Assembly (NCBI RefSeq): GCF_001194135.2
Contig: NC_069009.1
Coordinates: forward strand, 9,849,606-9,898,541
Length of the DNA stretch: 48,936 bases
Origin: Octopus bimaculoides
Taxonomy: Eukaryota
Direction: 5' to 3'
How positions within the stretch are numbered: position 1 is the stretch's first letter; each line of letters opens with the position of its first letter. A model generated the notes under the pieces. It did no database searches, was not told where the DNA came from, and worked only from the letters and a program-made list of their open reading frames with translations. The position numbers were made by a program, and so were the translations under genes. Below, piece by piece: positions 24,801-38,142 of this stretch.

Positions 24801-27800
24801 TAGACTGTGGCACTGCCATGAACATTTTTTAGTCTCAAAGCCTGGTACTTATTGTATCAGTATCTTTTTGCTGAACTGCTAAGTTACGGGCATATAAACA
24901 AACCAACACCAGTTGTCAAGCAGTGGTGGTGGACATGGACAGGCTTCTTTCCATCCACCAAATCCACTCGCTAGGCTTTGATCATCTGGAGGCTATAATA
25001 GTAAATATTTACCCTAGGTGCCATGCAGTGGTACTGAACTTGGAGCCATGTGGTTGGGAAGCCAACTTATTAGCCTATTATTAATCATATAATTGTATTT
25101 TAATTGTCACTTCTTTTTGTGTACCTCTAATTGTTGTATTATTTTTGTTGTTGTTTCAGGCACTGAAATGTATCCCTTAGAGTCCTGTTACCAGTTGCAG
25201 CACACAAAACATGACTGGATAGAAAAGGTGAAGAGCTTGTATTATACTTGAGTTCTGTCCTTATCGTCATCACTCTCACTATCTTCACAATTGTAGCTTT
25301 CAGCATTTACATCATCACTAGCACCATCATCATCACTATCATCATGTTCATCGTAATTGCTGTTATTATTATTCCAGGTTCCTTAGGCAGCGAGCTAGCA
25401 GAATTATTAACATGCCGGACAAAATGCATCATGGCATTTCTTTAGTCTTTGGAAGTCCGAGTTCAAATTCCACTGAGGTTGACTTTGCTTATCATCCTTC
25501 CAGTGTCGATAAAATAAGTACCTGTTTGACACTGAGGTCAGCGTAATCGACTTGCATCTCCCCCAAACTTACTGGCCTTATGCCAAAATTTGAAGCCATT
25601 ATTATTTATTAATATAAGGCTGTGAGCTGGCATAACTGTTATCACACAAGGCAAAATGCTTTGTGGCATTTCATCCATCTTTATATTCTGAGTTCAAATT
25701 CTGTTGAGATCTTCTTTGCCTTTCATCCTTTCGAGGTCAATAAAATAAGTACCAGTCAAGCACTGGAGGTTGATGTAATTGACTTACACCTTTCCCCCAA
25801 AAGTGCTGGCCTTGTGCCAAAATTTGAAATCATTATTAAAAGATAGCAAATGGTGGTGAGCCGGCAGAATTGTTAGTATGCTAGGCAAAATGCTTAGCAG
25901 CATTTCATTTGTTTTTATGTTCCGAGTTCAGATTCTGCCGAGGTCAACTTTGCTTTTTATTCTTTCAGGGTTGATAAAATAAATACTAGTTGATTACCTG
26001 GTTCAATATATTTGACTTAACCCCTCCTCTGAACTTGCTGGTTTTGTGCCAAAATTTGAAATCATCATTATTCTCAGTTTCACCATCATCATTACCGTTT
26101 TCATGGCAATTGTCATTATTATCCACATCATTTTCCCTTTTACTGCGGAAATCAGATATATCAACTCCACATTTTCATTTACCCTTAACTTCAGAAAGCA
26201 GTTATACCAATCTGTCTTAATTTGAAGAATGTCATATTTGGAACAATTTTGTTGAGATATGTCAAGTTTATTGAGGCAATATGACTTAGATTTTTTGGTA
26301 GATATTTAACATCATTTCTAGAATAACCATGAAATTGAATTTCACAGTTTAAAGGCTAAAAACTTCCCATCAAAATTTCATCTTAATTTAAGTTCCACAC
26401 ACTAACTCACTTAATAAACCACAAAGATATTTTATGGAAGCATGTCATGTTTGGAGCTATTTTCTGTTGAGATATTTCAAGTTCATTGATGCAACACAAC
26501 TTGCAGAAAATACCAATTCTATTTTTCTGGGCATATATTTAACATCATGACTGGAATAACCATGAAATTTAATTTCACCATAAGGCAGTAATTTCTAAAG
26601 TGAGGGAGATTTAGCTGCTATTTCTAACTACATTGTTTAATGCAATTAATCTTTTATTACAGAATCAGATATATTCACTTCAAATTTCATTTACCCTTGA
26701 CTGTAGAAAGCAGTTTTATCTATCAATCTATCTTTTGTTGAAGAATGTCATGTTCGGAACTATTTTCTAAAGAGAAATGTCAAGTTTATTGAGGTCATGT
26801 GATTTAGAGAAAATAGCAGAAGTACTTTTTGGTAGATGTTTAACATCATTGCTGCAATAACCATGAAAGAGTTAAGGCAGCAAGCTAGCACTGTTGTTAG
26901 TGCAATGAGCAAAATGCTCAGCAGCATTTCTTCAGGCTCTTAAACATTCTGAGTTCAAATTCCACCAAGGTTGACTTTACCTTTCATCCACTTTGGGTCA
27001 ATGAAATAAGTACCAGCTGAGCACTGGGTTTGATGTAATCAACTCACTCCCCTCACTGCTGACTTGTGTTGAAATTTGAAACTATTATTATCCATGCTAT
27101 TATAATTAGTTGGCCTGAGGCGGTGAGCTGGCAGAATCGTTAACACACTGGGCGAAATACTTAGTGGCATTTTGTCCATCTTTACGTTCTGATTTCAAAT
27201 TCTGGCAAGGTCGACTTTGCCTTTCATCCTTTCAGGGTTGATAAAATAAGTACCAGTTGAATACTAATGTCAATGTAATCAACTTAGCCCTAAAATTGCT
27301 GGCCTTGTGCTAAAATTTGAAACATTTAGTGGAATTTGAACTCAGAATGTAAAGACGGGTAAACTGCCATGCAAGATGCTTAGTGATATTTCATCTGTCT
27401 TTACAGTCTGAGTGAAAATCTCTTGAAATCAACTTTGCCTTTCATCCTTTTGGGTTGATAAAATCAGTACCATTCAAGTCCTGGGGTTCATGTAATTAAC
27501 TTCTCCTTTCCCTCAAAAACTGGTGACCCTGTGCCAAAAATCTGAAACTATTGATATTCATATCAATTTGAAAGTTTGACACAGGGCCTGCAATTTCAGA
27601 GGAGGATTAAGTTGATTATATCGACCCCTGTACTCAACTGGTACTTATTTTATTGACCCCAAATGAATGAATAACAAAGTTGACCTTGACAGAGTTTGAA
27701 CTCAGAATGTAAGGATGGATGAAATACCCCTAAGCATTTCACCCAGCGCGCTAACAATTCAGCCAGTTCACTTCCTTACTATCACTATCGTTGTCATAGC

Positions 27801-30000
27801 AACTATTACCATTATCACCATCTTCACAATCCATTGTTAGAAATCACATCCTTACTATCATCGCTATCATCTCCACCATCACCAACACCACTATCATTAT
27901 TGCCATCATCATCATTACCAACACTCCTACCAACATCATCACTACCATCAGCTACCACACCACGACCATTGTCACTGCTGCCACTACAACCATCACCATA
28001 CTTGAATGCTACAACATCCCCACAACCAACACCACCCTCTTCTAACTCAACCCCACCTCTATTTCAGAATGAGACATTTATAATCCACATCTATGTACGC
28101 AAGACCATCGTAGATGGTGTGAAGGTTTTCTTCAACCAGCGACTTGTTACTGTCCGCTTCCAGACTAGGTAATTATATTGTATCCCTTCTCACTTTATTC
28201 AACCCTTTAGCATTTAACCCAGCCATATCTGGCTCATATATTCTCTCTCTTTTATGTTAAAAATAACCAATCACATCATTGAAATCACAAAACTGTAACA
28301 TATTGCATGATGAATTCAAAACAATATGAATAAGCATTACATTTGACAGAGCAATCTGAATGCTAAAGGGTTAAATCTATTAATTTATTCACTTTTAAAA
28401 CCTCGCAACTCACATTATATTTTTGTATTTTTGCAATATTACAAGTACTTTCACATTTTATAGCGATCTTCATGAAAGTACTTGTAATATGTAATATTAA
28501 GGCTGCAAGCTGGCAGGATCATTAGCATGTTGGACAAAATGCTAAGCAACATTTTGTCATCTTTACATTCTGAGTTCAAATTTTATCAAAGTTGATTTTG
28601 CCTTTCATCGGTGCTGATTTTGCTTTTACCAGTGCTGGTACCACATAAAAGGCACTTGTGCTGGGGCCACGTAATAAGCATGAGGTACACTGTGGAGTGA
28701 TTGGTATTAGGAAGGGCATCCAGCCATAGAAACCATGCCAAATCAGACAAAGGAGACTGGTGCAGCCCCTGGCCTTAATCAGCTCTGGTCAAACTGTCCA
28801 ACCCATGCCAGCGTGGAAAATGGAGCTTAAATGATGATGGTGGTGATGAGGATGATAATAATGATACTTTCCGGGTCAATAAAAGAAGTACATGTTACAC
28901 ACTGGGATTAATTTAAAAGACATACTCCCTTCCACAAAATTGCTGGCATTGTACCAAATTTTCAAACCAATATGTAGTATTCTATAATTATAAAAATGCA
29001 AAAATAAAATGTGAAAATTTGATTATGCTGGAATCTGATTGATTTATGTATTTGCTTGTACACAATTCTGTGAACAAATATATATATATATATATATACC
29101 ACCTGTCCTCGTCTGTTGTTATTATTTGTATATTCTCCCATATATATATATATATATATATATATACAGGGTTGGCCAAAAGTCACCTGACAGTAAATCA
29201 AAACCATTTAATTCTAAGATTTATTTATGTTTAACAACTGAATGAATTTCATAAAAGCATCTAAATATGAACAACATGGCATGATCAACCTGGGTGCCAT
29301 TTGCATGGCACTGTCAATGACCACGACTACAATGCATGGGTGCCGTTTACATGGCACCGGCAATGACCATTACTCTGATGCATGGGTGTCATTTACATAG
29401 CACTGGTCCAACCCATGCTAGCATGGAAAGCGGACGTTAAACGATGATGATGATGGCAGCAACCATGGCTACGATTCACAGGTGCCATGTAAATGGCACC
29501 TGTGACAACTATGACTACGATGCACAGGTGCTATTTACGTGACACCAGCATGGCCACAACTACAATTTCACTTGGTCAAGCACTTCTGCATGTTACAGAA
29601 CTCCAAAGTTGTATGTAGATATTACATTTGTGTGAGGTTTGGATAAGAGTTGAAAGATACTGGGAAATAGTTCTTGCAGAGTAATTATGTATGTAAACAG
29701 GAGATGGAAAAAAATTTTTGGTTGTTATTTATTCCCCATGACACATGTTTCATTTGCTAATAGGAGTTACAAAATTGTACATTTAGAAGAAACATATAAA
29801 ATATCTCCTAATAGAAATTCTTCAGAGAATCAAATGACAATTTTATTTGTATTACTTGATACTCTGTCTGAAGAATTTCTAATAGGAGAAATCTTACATG
29901 TTTTTTACTACATGTATAATTTTATAATTCCTATTAGCAAATGAAACATGTGTAATGGTGAATAAATAATACCAAAATTTGTTTCCAATCACCTGCTTTG

Positions 30001-30040
<40 letters not shown>

Positions 30041-33000
30041 GGGCCTCAGGTCAGTGAGTAGGTGGTGGTGTGCAATAATGCCATCAAGAAGAAGGCCATA
30101 AAACAGTGTGCACTCTCTCCTGATAACCCCATAGCCTACTGGTGTCCAGTATGTGGAGCTTTCAACTGAGACTGCTGTGTCTGCAATTTGTTTGCAAATA
30201 AAATATATTATTTAAATCCATGTGGTGAAGAAGCAAACTTCTTAAATGTTCAGCCTTGGCTGCATCTATTCCAAAACCAATATACATCTAGTAATGTTTG
30301 TCTGTTGCTGTTGATAATAACCAAGGACATTACATGGGAAAAGATGGGTCACAGTGCGTCTGGCTGTGGCCGATCAGTCCAATGCATTCTTGGAAAGTTT
30401 TGCTGCAGGTTGGGCATTGGTGGTCTGTTGGAAACGAGAGCAAGGAGTTGGCTNNNNNNNNNNGGTGGTCTGTTGGAAACGAGAGCAAGGAGTTGGCTCT
30501 GGACTTGCACAGCTCACATTTTCTTTGTGCTCCTGCAATCCTGTTTTGTTCAAAGGCGGTGGCATCTCTATTAGTGCAGTTATGTCAGACAGGGTGGTCC
30601 TGGGCTTGTATTTTCAATGTGTAGGAGGTTGAGGTAAAAGCACTTCAGTGAAGCTTTTAGTGTCTTTGAAATGCTTTTACTGCTGCTCAACTTGTGTGCA
30701 TTTGCCTTCTGCTAGTTTGCTGTAAAACAGTCTCTAGAGGAGTTGCATGTCAGACATTTGAACAAGGTGGTCTGCCCACTGCTATCCTCATCAGAGTGTA
30801 AATAATACTTGACAGATCAGCTCAAAAGAGGACCTCTGTGTCTGGGACCTTGTCTTGCCAGGTCATTTTCAACAGCTTTCTCAATTCATATAGTAATGGG
30901 TATATAATACATAATATATGTATATATCATAGCTGATATCAGTACCACCTATCTGGCACCTGTGCCGGTAGCACATAAAAAGCACCATTCAAGTGTGGTC
31001 GATACCAGTCCTGCTTGACTGGCTCCCATGCCACTGGCACGTAAAAAGCACCAATCGAGTGGGGTTGATGCCTGTGTCAGTGGCACGTAAAAATCACTCA
31101 CTGAACTCTCGGAGTGGTTGGCATTAGGAAGGGCATCCAGCTGTAGAAACCTTGCGAGATCAGATTGGTACCTGGTGTAGCCGCCCGGATTGCCTGTCCT
31201 CAGACAAACATACAACCCCTGCCAGCATGGAAAGCAGACGTTAATGATGACGATGACGTGTGTGTGTGTGTGTGTGTGCATGTATGTGTGTATATATATA
31301 TATATATATATCTACTATATATTTGTGAATAGGGCAGATGTCTCACAAACAGTTTATGCAGGCAAAAGTGTTAGTAAATGTGGTCGGATTGAGCTGAACA
31401 TTTGCACACCTATGTTAAATGTGCTGGGAAGTTTGCATGGCAACTTTCAGTTTGCTCAATTGAAAGGCATGGCCTCTATGGCAAAATTCCTCATCTTTTA
31501 AAATGTGGCCCGCATAGACCCAAACGAAATTGGGTTATAATACCGAAACAAGTAAAACAACGGAAAACTATGCCATTTTAGTCCTGAGCAAGGCTGGGTA
31601 TCTCTGTAAGTCTACTATATATTTGTGAAAAGGGCGGACGTTGTCACACAAGCAGTTGTGCAGGCAAAATGTTAATAAATGTGGTGGAATTGAGCTGAAA
31701 ATTTGCACACCTATGTTGAAAGTGCTGGGGAGTTTGCATAGCAACTCTGAGTTTGCATAGCAACTCTGAGTTTGCATAGCAACTCTGAGTTTGCTCAATT
31801 CAAAGGTGTGGCCTCTATGGCAAAATTCCTCATCTTTAAATAAAATGGACTTTGACACGTGTTTTAGTTCCTCTCTTTCGGCTATCAGCCTTTCTTCCTC
31901 AATCTCTCCCTTTCCTCCCTTCCCTTCACTCTGTCTCTATAATGACATCTTATAGCTTCCACTCTCCTTCTTTCCCTCTCCGTCTTCGCTGTTTCTCTGT
32001 CACTCTTTCTCCCCCACCTCTCTCTCTCTGTATGTCTGTTTATAGAGAGAAATCGATGACAACTGCCCGTTTTCCTCCCAGTGGCAATTAATGCCCTAGT
32101 AATAACAGCCAAATCAAGTGTATTAAAATATAGATATGTACATACATACTTAAAAACATACGTACATATATACATACATAATAAGAACAAAACTGGTGAC
32201 CATCTGTGTTTAATGGAGAGGAATAAAATAGTAAATAATTATATTGCATTGAAAATACATTTCACTCTCTTGAAGCTTAAATATTCCCGCCACAGGGCTT
32301 TTAAAATGGTGAATTATTATCGCCCACCACCACCACCACTGCACCATCATGATAACAGATATTATTAGTCAGAATATTTATTGTGTTAATCTATTATATA
32401 TATTTCTGAAAAGGCGGATGTTGTCTCATGTGCAGTTGTGCAGGCAAAAGTGTTAGTAAACGTGGTCGGATTGAGCTGAAAATTTGCACACCTATGGGAA
32501 ACGTCCTGGTGAGTTTGCTCCATTGAAAGGCATGGTTGCTAGGGCAAAATTCATTGTCTTTAATTGGACTTTGACAAAGTGTTTGTTGTTTCTCCCTTTC
32601 GGCGATCACCCTTTCTTCCTCGATCTCTCCCTTTCCTCCCTTCCCTCCACTTTCTCTCTATAACAGCATTTGACAGCTTCCACTGTCTCTCTTTCCCTCT
32701 CCGTCTTCACNNNNNNNNNNNNNNNNNNNNNNNNNNNNNNNNNNNNNNNNNNNNNNNNNNNNNNNNNNNNNNNNNNNNNNNNNNNNNNNNNNNNNNNNNN
32801 NNNNNNNNNNNNNNNNNNNNNNNNNNNNNNNNNNNNNNNNNNNNNNNNNNNNNNNNNNNNNNNNNNNNNNNNNNNNNNNNNNNNNNNNNNNNNNNNNNNN
32901 NNNNNNNNNNNNNNNNNNNNNNNNNNNNNNNNNNNNNNNNNNNNNNNNNNNNNNNNNNNNNNNNNNNNNNNNNNNNNNNNNNNNNNNNNNNNNNNNNNNN

Positions 33001-36000
33001 NNNNNNNNNNNNNNNNNNNNNNNNNNNNNNNNNNNNNNNNNNNNNNNNNNNNNNNNNNNNNNNNNNNNNNNNNNNNNNNNNNNNNNNNNNNNNNNNNNNN
33101 NNNNNNNNNNNNNNNNNNNNNNNNNNNNNNNNNNNNNNNNNNNNNNNNNNNNNNNNNNNNNNNNNNNNNNNNNNNNNNNNNNNNNNNNNNNNNNNNNNNN
33201 NNNNNNNNNNNNNNNNNNNNNNNNNNNNNNNNNNNNNNNNNNNNNNNNNNNNNNNNNNNNNNNNNNNNNNNNNNNNNNNNNNNNNNNNNNNNNNNNNNNN
33301 NNNNNNNNNNNNNNNNNNNNNNNNNNNNNNNNNNNNNNNNNNNNNNNNNNNNNNNNNNNNNNNNNNNNNNNNNNNNNNNNNNNNNNNNNNNNNNNNNNNN
33401 NNNNNNNNNNNNNNNNNNNNNNNNNNNNNNNNNNNNNNNNNNNNATATATATATATATATAAATACATATATATATAATGTATATACATATACATAATAT
33501 AATGTGTATATATGTGTGTATATATATATAAAGTGTAGATATCTATATATATATGTGCATGTGTATATATAATGTGTGCATATGTGGTTGGATTGAGCTG
33601 AAAATTTGCACACCTATGTTAAAAGTTCATGGTGAGTTTGCTCAGTTGAAAGGCATCGCCTCTAGGGCAAAATTCCTCATCTTTTAAAATGTTGTCCACG
33701 TTGACCCGGATGAAATTGGGTTATAATATTGAAACCAGTAAAACAAGAATAAACTATTTTAATCCTAAGCAAGGCCAGGTTACTCTGCTAGTCTGTTATA
33801 TATTTGTGAAAAGGGTGGATGTTGTCTCACATGCAGTTGTGCAGGCAAAAATGTTAGTAAATGTGGTCAGATTGAGCTGAAAATTCACACGCCTGTGGGA
33901 AACGTTGTGGCGAGTGCATGGCAAATTTCAGTTTGCTCTATTGGAAGGTGTGGCTGCTAGGGCAAAATTCATCATCTTTAAACGGACTTTGACAAGTGTT
34001 TGTCATTTCTCCCTTTCGGCGATCACCCTTTCTTCCTCGATCTCTCCCTTTCCTCCCTTCCCTCCACTTTCTCTCTATAACAATGTTTGACAGCTTCCAC
34101 TCTCTTTCCCTCTCCATCTTCACCATCTCTCTGTCGCTCTTTCTCCCACCGCCTCTCTCTATGTCTGTCTGTATCTATAGGGAGAAAGTGTTGATAGCCG
34201 CAACTGTGTTTAATGGAGAGGAATAAAATAGCAAATAATGATATTGTGTTGAAAACACATTTTACTGACTTCAAGTTTGAATATTCCTGCCACAAGGCTT
34301 TTAGAATGGTGAATTATTATCGCCCACCAAATGTGTATACATATATAAATAATGTGTGTGTGTATATATATATATGCATATATATATTTAATGCATATGT
34401 ATATATATAATGTGTGCATATGTGGTCAGATTGAGCTCAAAATTTCCACACTTATGTTAAAAGTGCTGGGGAGTTTCCATGGCAACTTTGAGTTTGCTCA
34501 ATTCAAAGGTGTGGCCTCTAAGGCAAAATTCCTCATCTTTTAAAATGTGGCCCGAGTAGACCTGAATGAAATCAGGTTATGATACTAGTATATATATATA
34601 TATATCGATAGCTTCCGCTATCTGGGCGACCAAGTTAGTAGTGGGGGTGGGTGCGCTGAAAGTGTAGCTGCTAGAATAAGAATAGCCTGGGCAAAGTTTA
34701 GAGAGCTCTTACCCCTGCTGGCGACAAAGGGACTCTCACTCAGAGTAAAAGGCAGACTGTATGATGCATGCGTATGAACAGCCATGCTACATGGCAGTGA
34801 AACATGGGCTGTAACTGCTGAGGACATACGTAAGCTCGCAAGGAATGCAGCCAGTNNNNNNNNNNNNNNNNNNNNNNNNNNNNNNNNNNNNNNNNNNNNN
34901 NNNNNNNNNNNNNNNNNNNNNNNNNNNNNNNNNNNNNNNNNNNNNNNNNNNNNNNNNNNNNNNNNNNNNNNNNNNNNNNNNNNNNNNNNNNNNNNNNNNN
35001 NNNNNNNNNNNNNNNNNNNNNNNNNNNNNNNNNNNNNNNNNNNNNNNNNNNNNNNNNNNNNNNNNNNNNNNNNNNNNNNNNNNNNNNNNNNNNNNNNNNN
35101 NNNNNNNNNNNNNNNNNNNNNNNNNNNNNNNNNNNNNNNNNNNNNNNNNNNNNNNNNNNNNNNNNNNNNNNNNNNNNNNNNNNNNNNNNNNNNNNNNNNN
35201 NNNNNNNNNNNNNNNNNNNNNNNNNNNNNNNNNNNNNNNNNNNNNNNNNNNNNNNNNNNNNNNNNNNNNNNNNNNNNNNNNNNNNNNNNNNNNNNNNNNN
35301 NNNNNNNNNNNNNNNNNNNNNNNNNNNNNNNNNNNNNNNNNNNNNNNNNNNNNNNNNNNNNNNNNNNNNNNNNNNNNNNNNNNNNNNNNNNNNNNNNNNN
35401 NNNNNNNNNNNNNNNNNNNNNNNNNNNNNNNNNNNNNNNNNNNNNNNNNNNNNNNNNNNNNNNNNNNNNNNNNNNNNNNNNNNNNNNNNNNNNNNNNNNN
35501 NNNNNNNNNNNNNNNNNNNNNNNNNNNNNNNNNNNNNNNNNNNNNNNNNNNNNNNNNNNNNNNNNNNNNNNNNNNNNNNNNNNNNNNNNNNNNNNNNNNN
35601 NNNNNNNNNNNNNNNNNNNNNNNNNNNNNNNNNNNNNNNNNNNNNNNNNNNNNNNNNNNNNNNNNNNNNNNNNNNNNNNNNNNATATATATGAGGTTTGA
35701 TCAAAAAGAATTAGGACTGTTGCTGCAGTAACAGTGCTAAAGAACGCAGAGTGAAGCTTCTTGGCTCAGGTTGACCTTAAACTCTGTTGTGCATGCACAC
35801 TAAGTCATAACAATCTCGCTCACTCATGTTGTTTACGCCAGTGCTCAGAAGTACAGTTTGTAGTGTGTGGTTGTCTCACCACAGCACAGAGGTTCCATCA
35901 GTGATGACCATGGCAGAGATATGTGGCTGTGTGCATGGAAAGAGACACAACGTGAAGCTTATCACAGCCAAGAATCTTTCCGAAAATCAAGTCCTGCTTG

Positions 36001-38111
36001 AAAGGAACAAGATTTCAAGAATTTGAAGAAATCCAAGAAACTTTTAAGAGGCAGCTGCTCACTATCCCAAAAAGGTTCTAGGAATGCTTCCTCCAATGAA
36101 AATGCTGGATAAAGTGTATGGCTTCAGAAGGGAACTACTTTGAAGCAGATTAAATGCTGAATTGATGTGTTGTAGTTTTCTTGTTATAGCACCAGTCTTG
36201 ATGCATTTTGATTAGACCTCATTGCTTAATATTTATCCAGTTGTTGTTGTTATTTAACCCTAAGTTAGTATTGGTTTTACATGATCTGTAATCAATGTGT
36301 CTGATATTTCAACCTTGGTTTTTGTTTTTTTTTTCTGTTTCCAGTGATCCAAAATTCCTCGACCTCCACCAAGGAACCACAGAATCAACAGTGTTCTGTT
36401 GGAAAATTAATGTGAAGTAAGTATTGCAGATATTGCTGTGGTTGTTGTTGATTTAGTTAAAAGGTAAAGTGGTGTGTCTTGTCTCAGGCATACAGCTGAG
36501 GTTGATAGAAGGGACAAGTAGAATAATGTGTCTAATCTAAGATTTACAGCTGTGGCAGATTAGACATGAATTCTATTTAACAACCTCATATTTTCTAACA
36601 TAGTTGGTGTCTTTCTGTTTCTCCACAACAATGTTGGTGCATTCATTGTACTTTATCACATTATAATTGATAACAACATTTGTGAATGTGTCAGAGTGAC
36701 TATGATCAGTGCTGGATTAACCATTAAGCAAAATAAGCATCTGTTTAGGTCATCAAATGAAGATTTATCATAGAAATAGTAAATGGCTTATGACACAAAA
36801 GAAATCAGAGTAAATAATATTTGGGATGCCTTATCTTTACTAAGTATAGAAGCAAATGTGTTATGTAAGATTAATTTTGGAAGATCTGATCAAAATAGAG
36901 TGGTGTGCCTTGTCTAAGATTTGGGCTGAGTAGAATGGTGTGTCTTGCCTAAGGTTTACCACTGAGGTTGACTGAGGGGATGAGTAGAATGGTGTGTCTT
37001 GCCTAAGATTTACAGCGGTACAAAGACTTTACAATTAAAAAAAGCAGGAGAAAACCTTTCAAATATAAATACAGTGGAAGCATACAAAAATAAACATGAT
37101 TGAGTGAGTGTGCCTTTCCAAATGTCTTTTGTATATTTTTAACATTAATGGTCACAAATTGCTCAGCTGAGCATTCACTTTCTCAGTTGAAGTATATTAA
37201 AAATCCCATCAGAGCAACTTTGCCACAAGGCAGGCTGGATGCCTTATCTCTATTAAATATAGATGCAGATATCTTACATAAGGTGAATTTCGAAGATCAG
37301 ATCAAAGATTTTGCAATTAAAAAAAAGTACTTGAAAATTTCAAATATAAATAAAGTGGAAGTATACAAAAACAAGTATTATTTTCCATCTTACTATTAGT
37401 TTTGTTTCATTTTGAAAATAAAAATTATTTCATGGTTTATTATTGTTTATATTTTGAATTACATTTATATGGGGGCACCAAAATTTGCTAAGTGCCCTGT
37501 GTGTGATGTTGTAGTAGGTCCTGCCATAAATAATATCCAAGTGTGTGTGTATGAGAGTGACATAGTTATTCTCTTAGTATGTTTGTGTCTTAGTATGTCT
37601 TGAATGTCTGAGTGATGTGACAAATCCCAGAATTTGTGATGCCTGTGTCTGAGAAATTGTGATGTAATAATCCATCTCTAAAACCATCTTCCTGTTTCAT
37701 TTATCTCCATGACTCATTGATTACATGGTCTCTTTGGCTCCCCACTCTCTTTCATTTTACTAGACACGAGATCCTACCTTTGGCGTGCAAGTACCGTGTT
37801 ACTGGTTCTCTCATTGAAGTGACACTCAGCAAGAAAGAGCCCCTGAAATGGGGGGCCCTTGAAGTTCCCCTGCAAAAAAGTAAGTACTATCTTTTATCTT
37901 GTATCTTTTACTTGTTTCAGTCATTTGACTGTGGCCATGTTGGGGCACCACCATGAAGTTGTGTTAGTTGAACAAGTCAACTCCAGGACTTATTTTTCTA
38001 AGCCTTTTACTTATTCTATTGATCTCTTTTGCCAAGCTGGTAAGCTACGGGGATGTAAACACACCAACACCAGTTGTCAAGTGGTGGTGGGGGACGAACA
38101 AAGACACACAC

Positions 38112-38142
<31 letters not shown>

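Noticed and set aside
27834-28067. Pro/Ser/Thr-rich N-terminal extension of ORF 27834-28172
   Set aside because: (CAT/CAC)-rich intronic low-complexity sequence upstream of the real acceptor at 28067.
30419-30497. Exact ~35-bp duplication either side of a 10-N gap
   Set aside because: Typical unmerged contig overlap, i.e. an assembly artefact.
32564-35731. ORFs of 260-360 aa here and at 37859-38553 and 46953-48047
   Set aside because: Artefacts of N-gaps translated as X.
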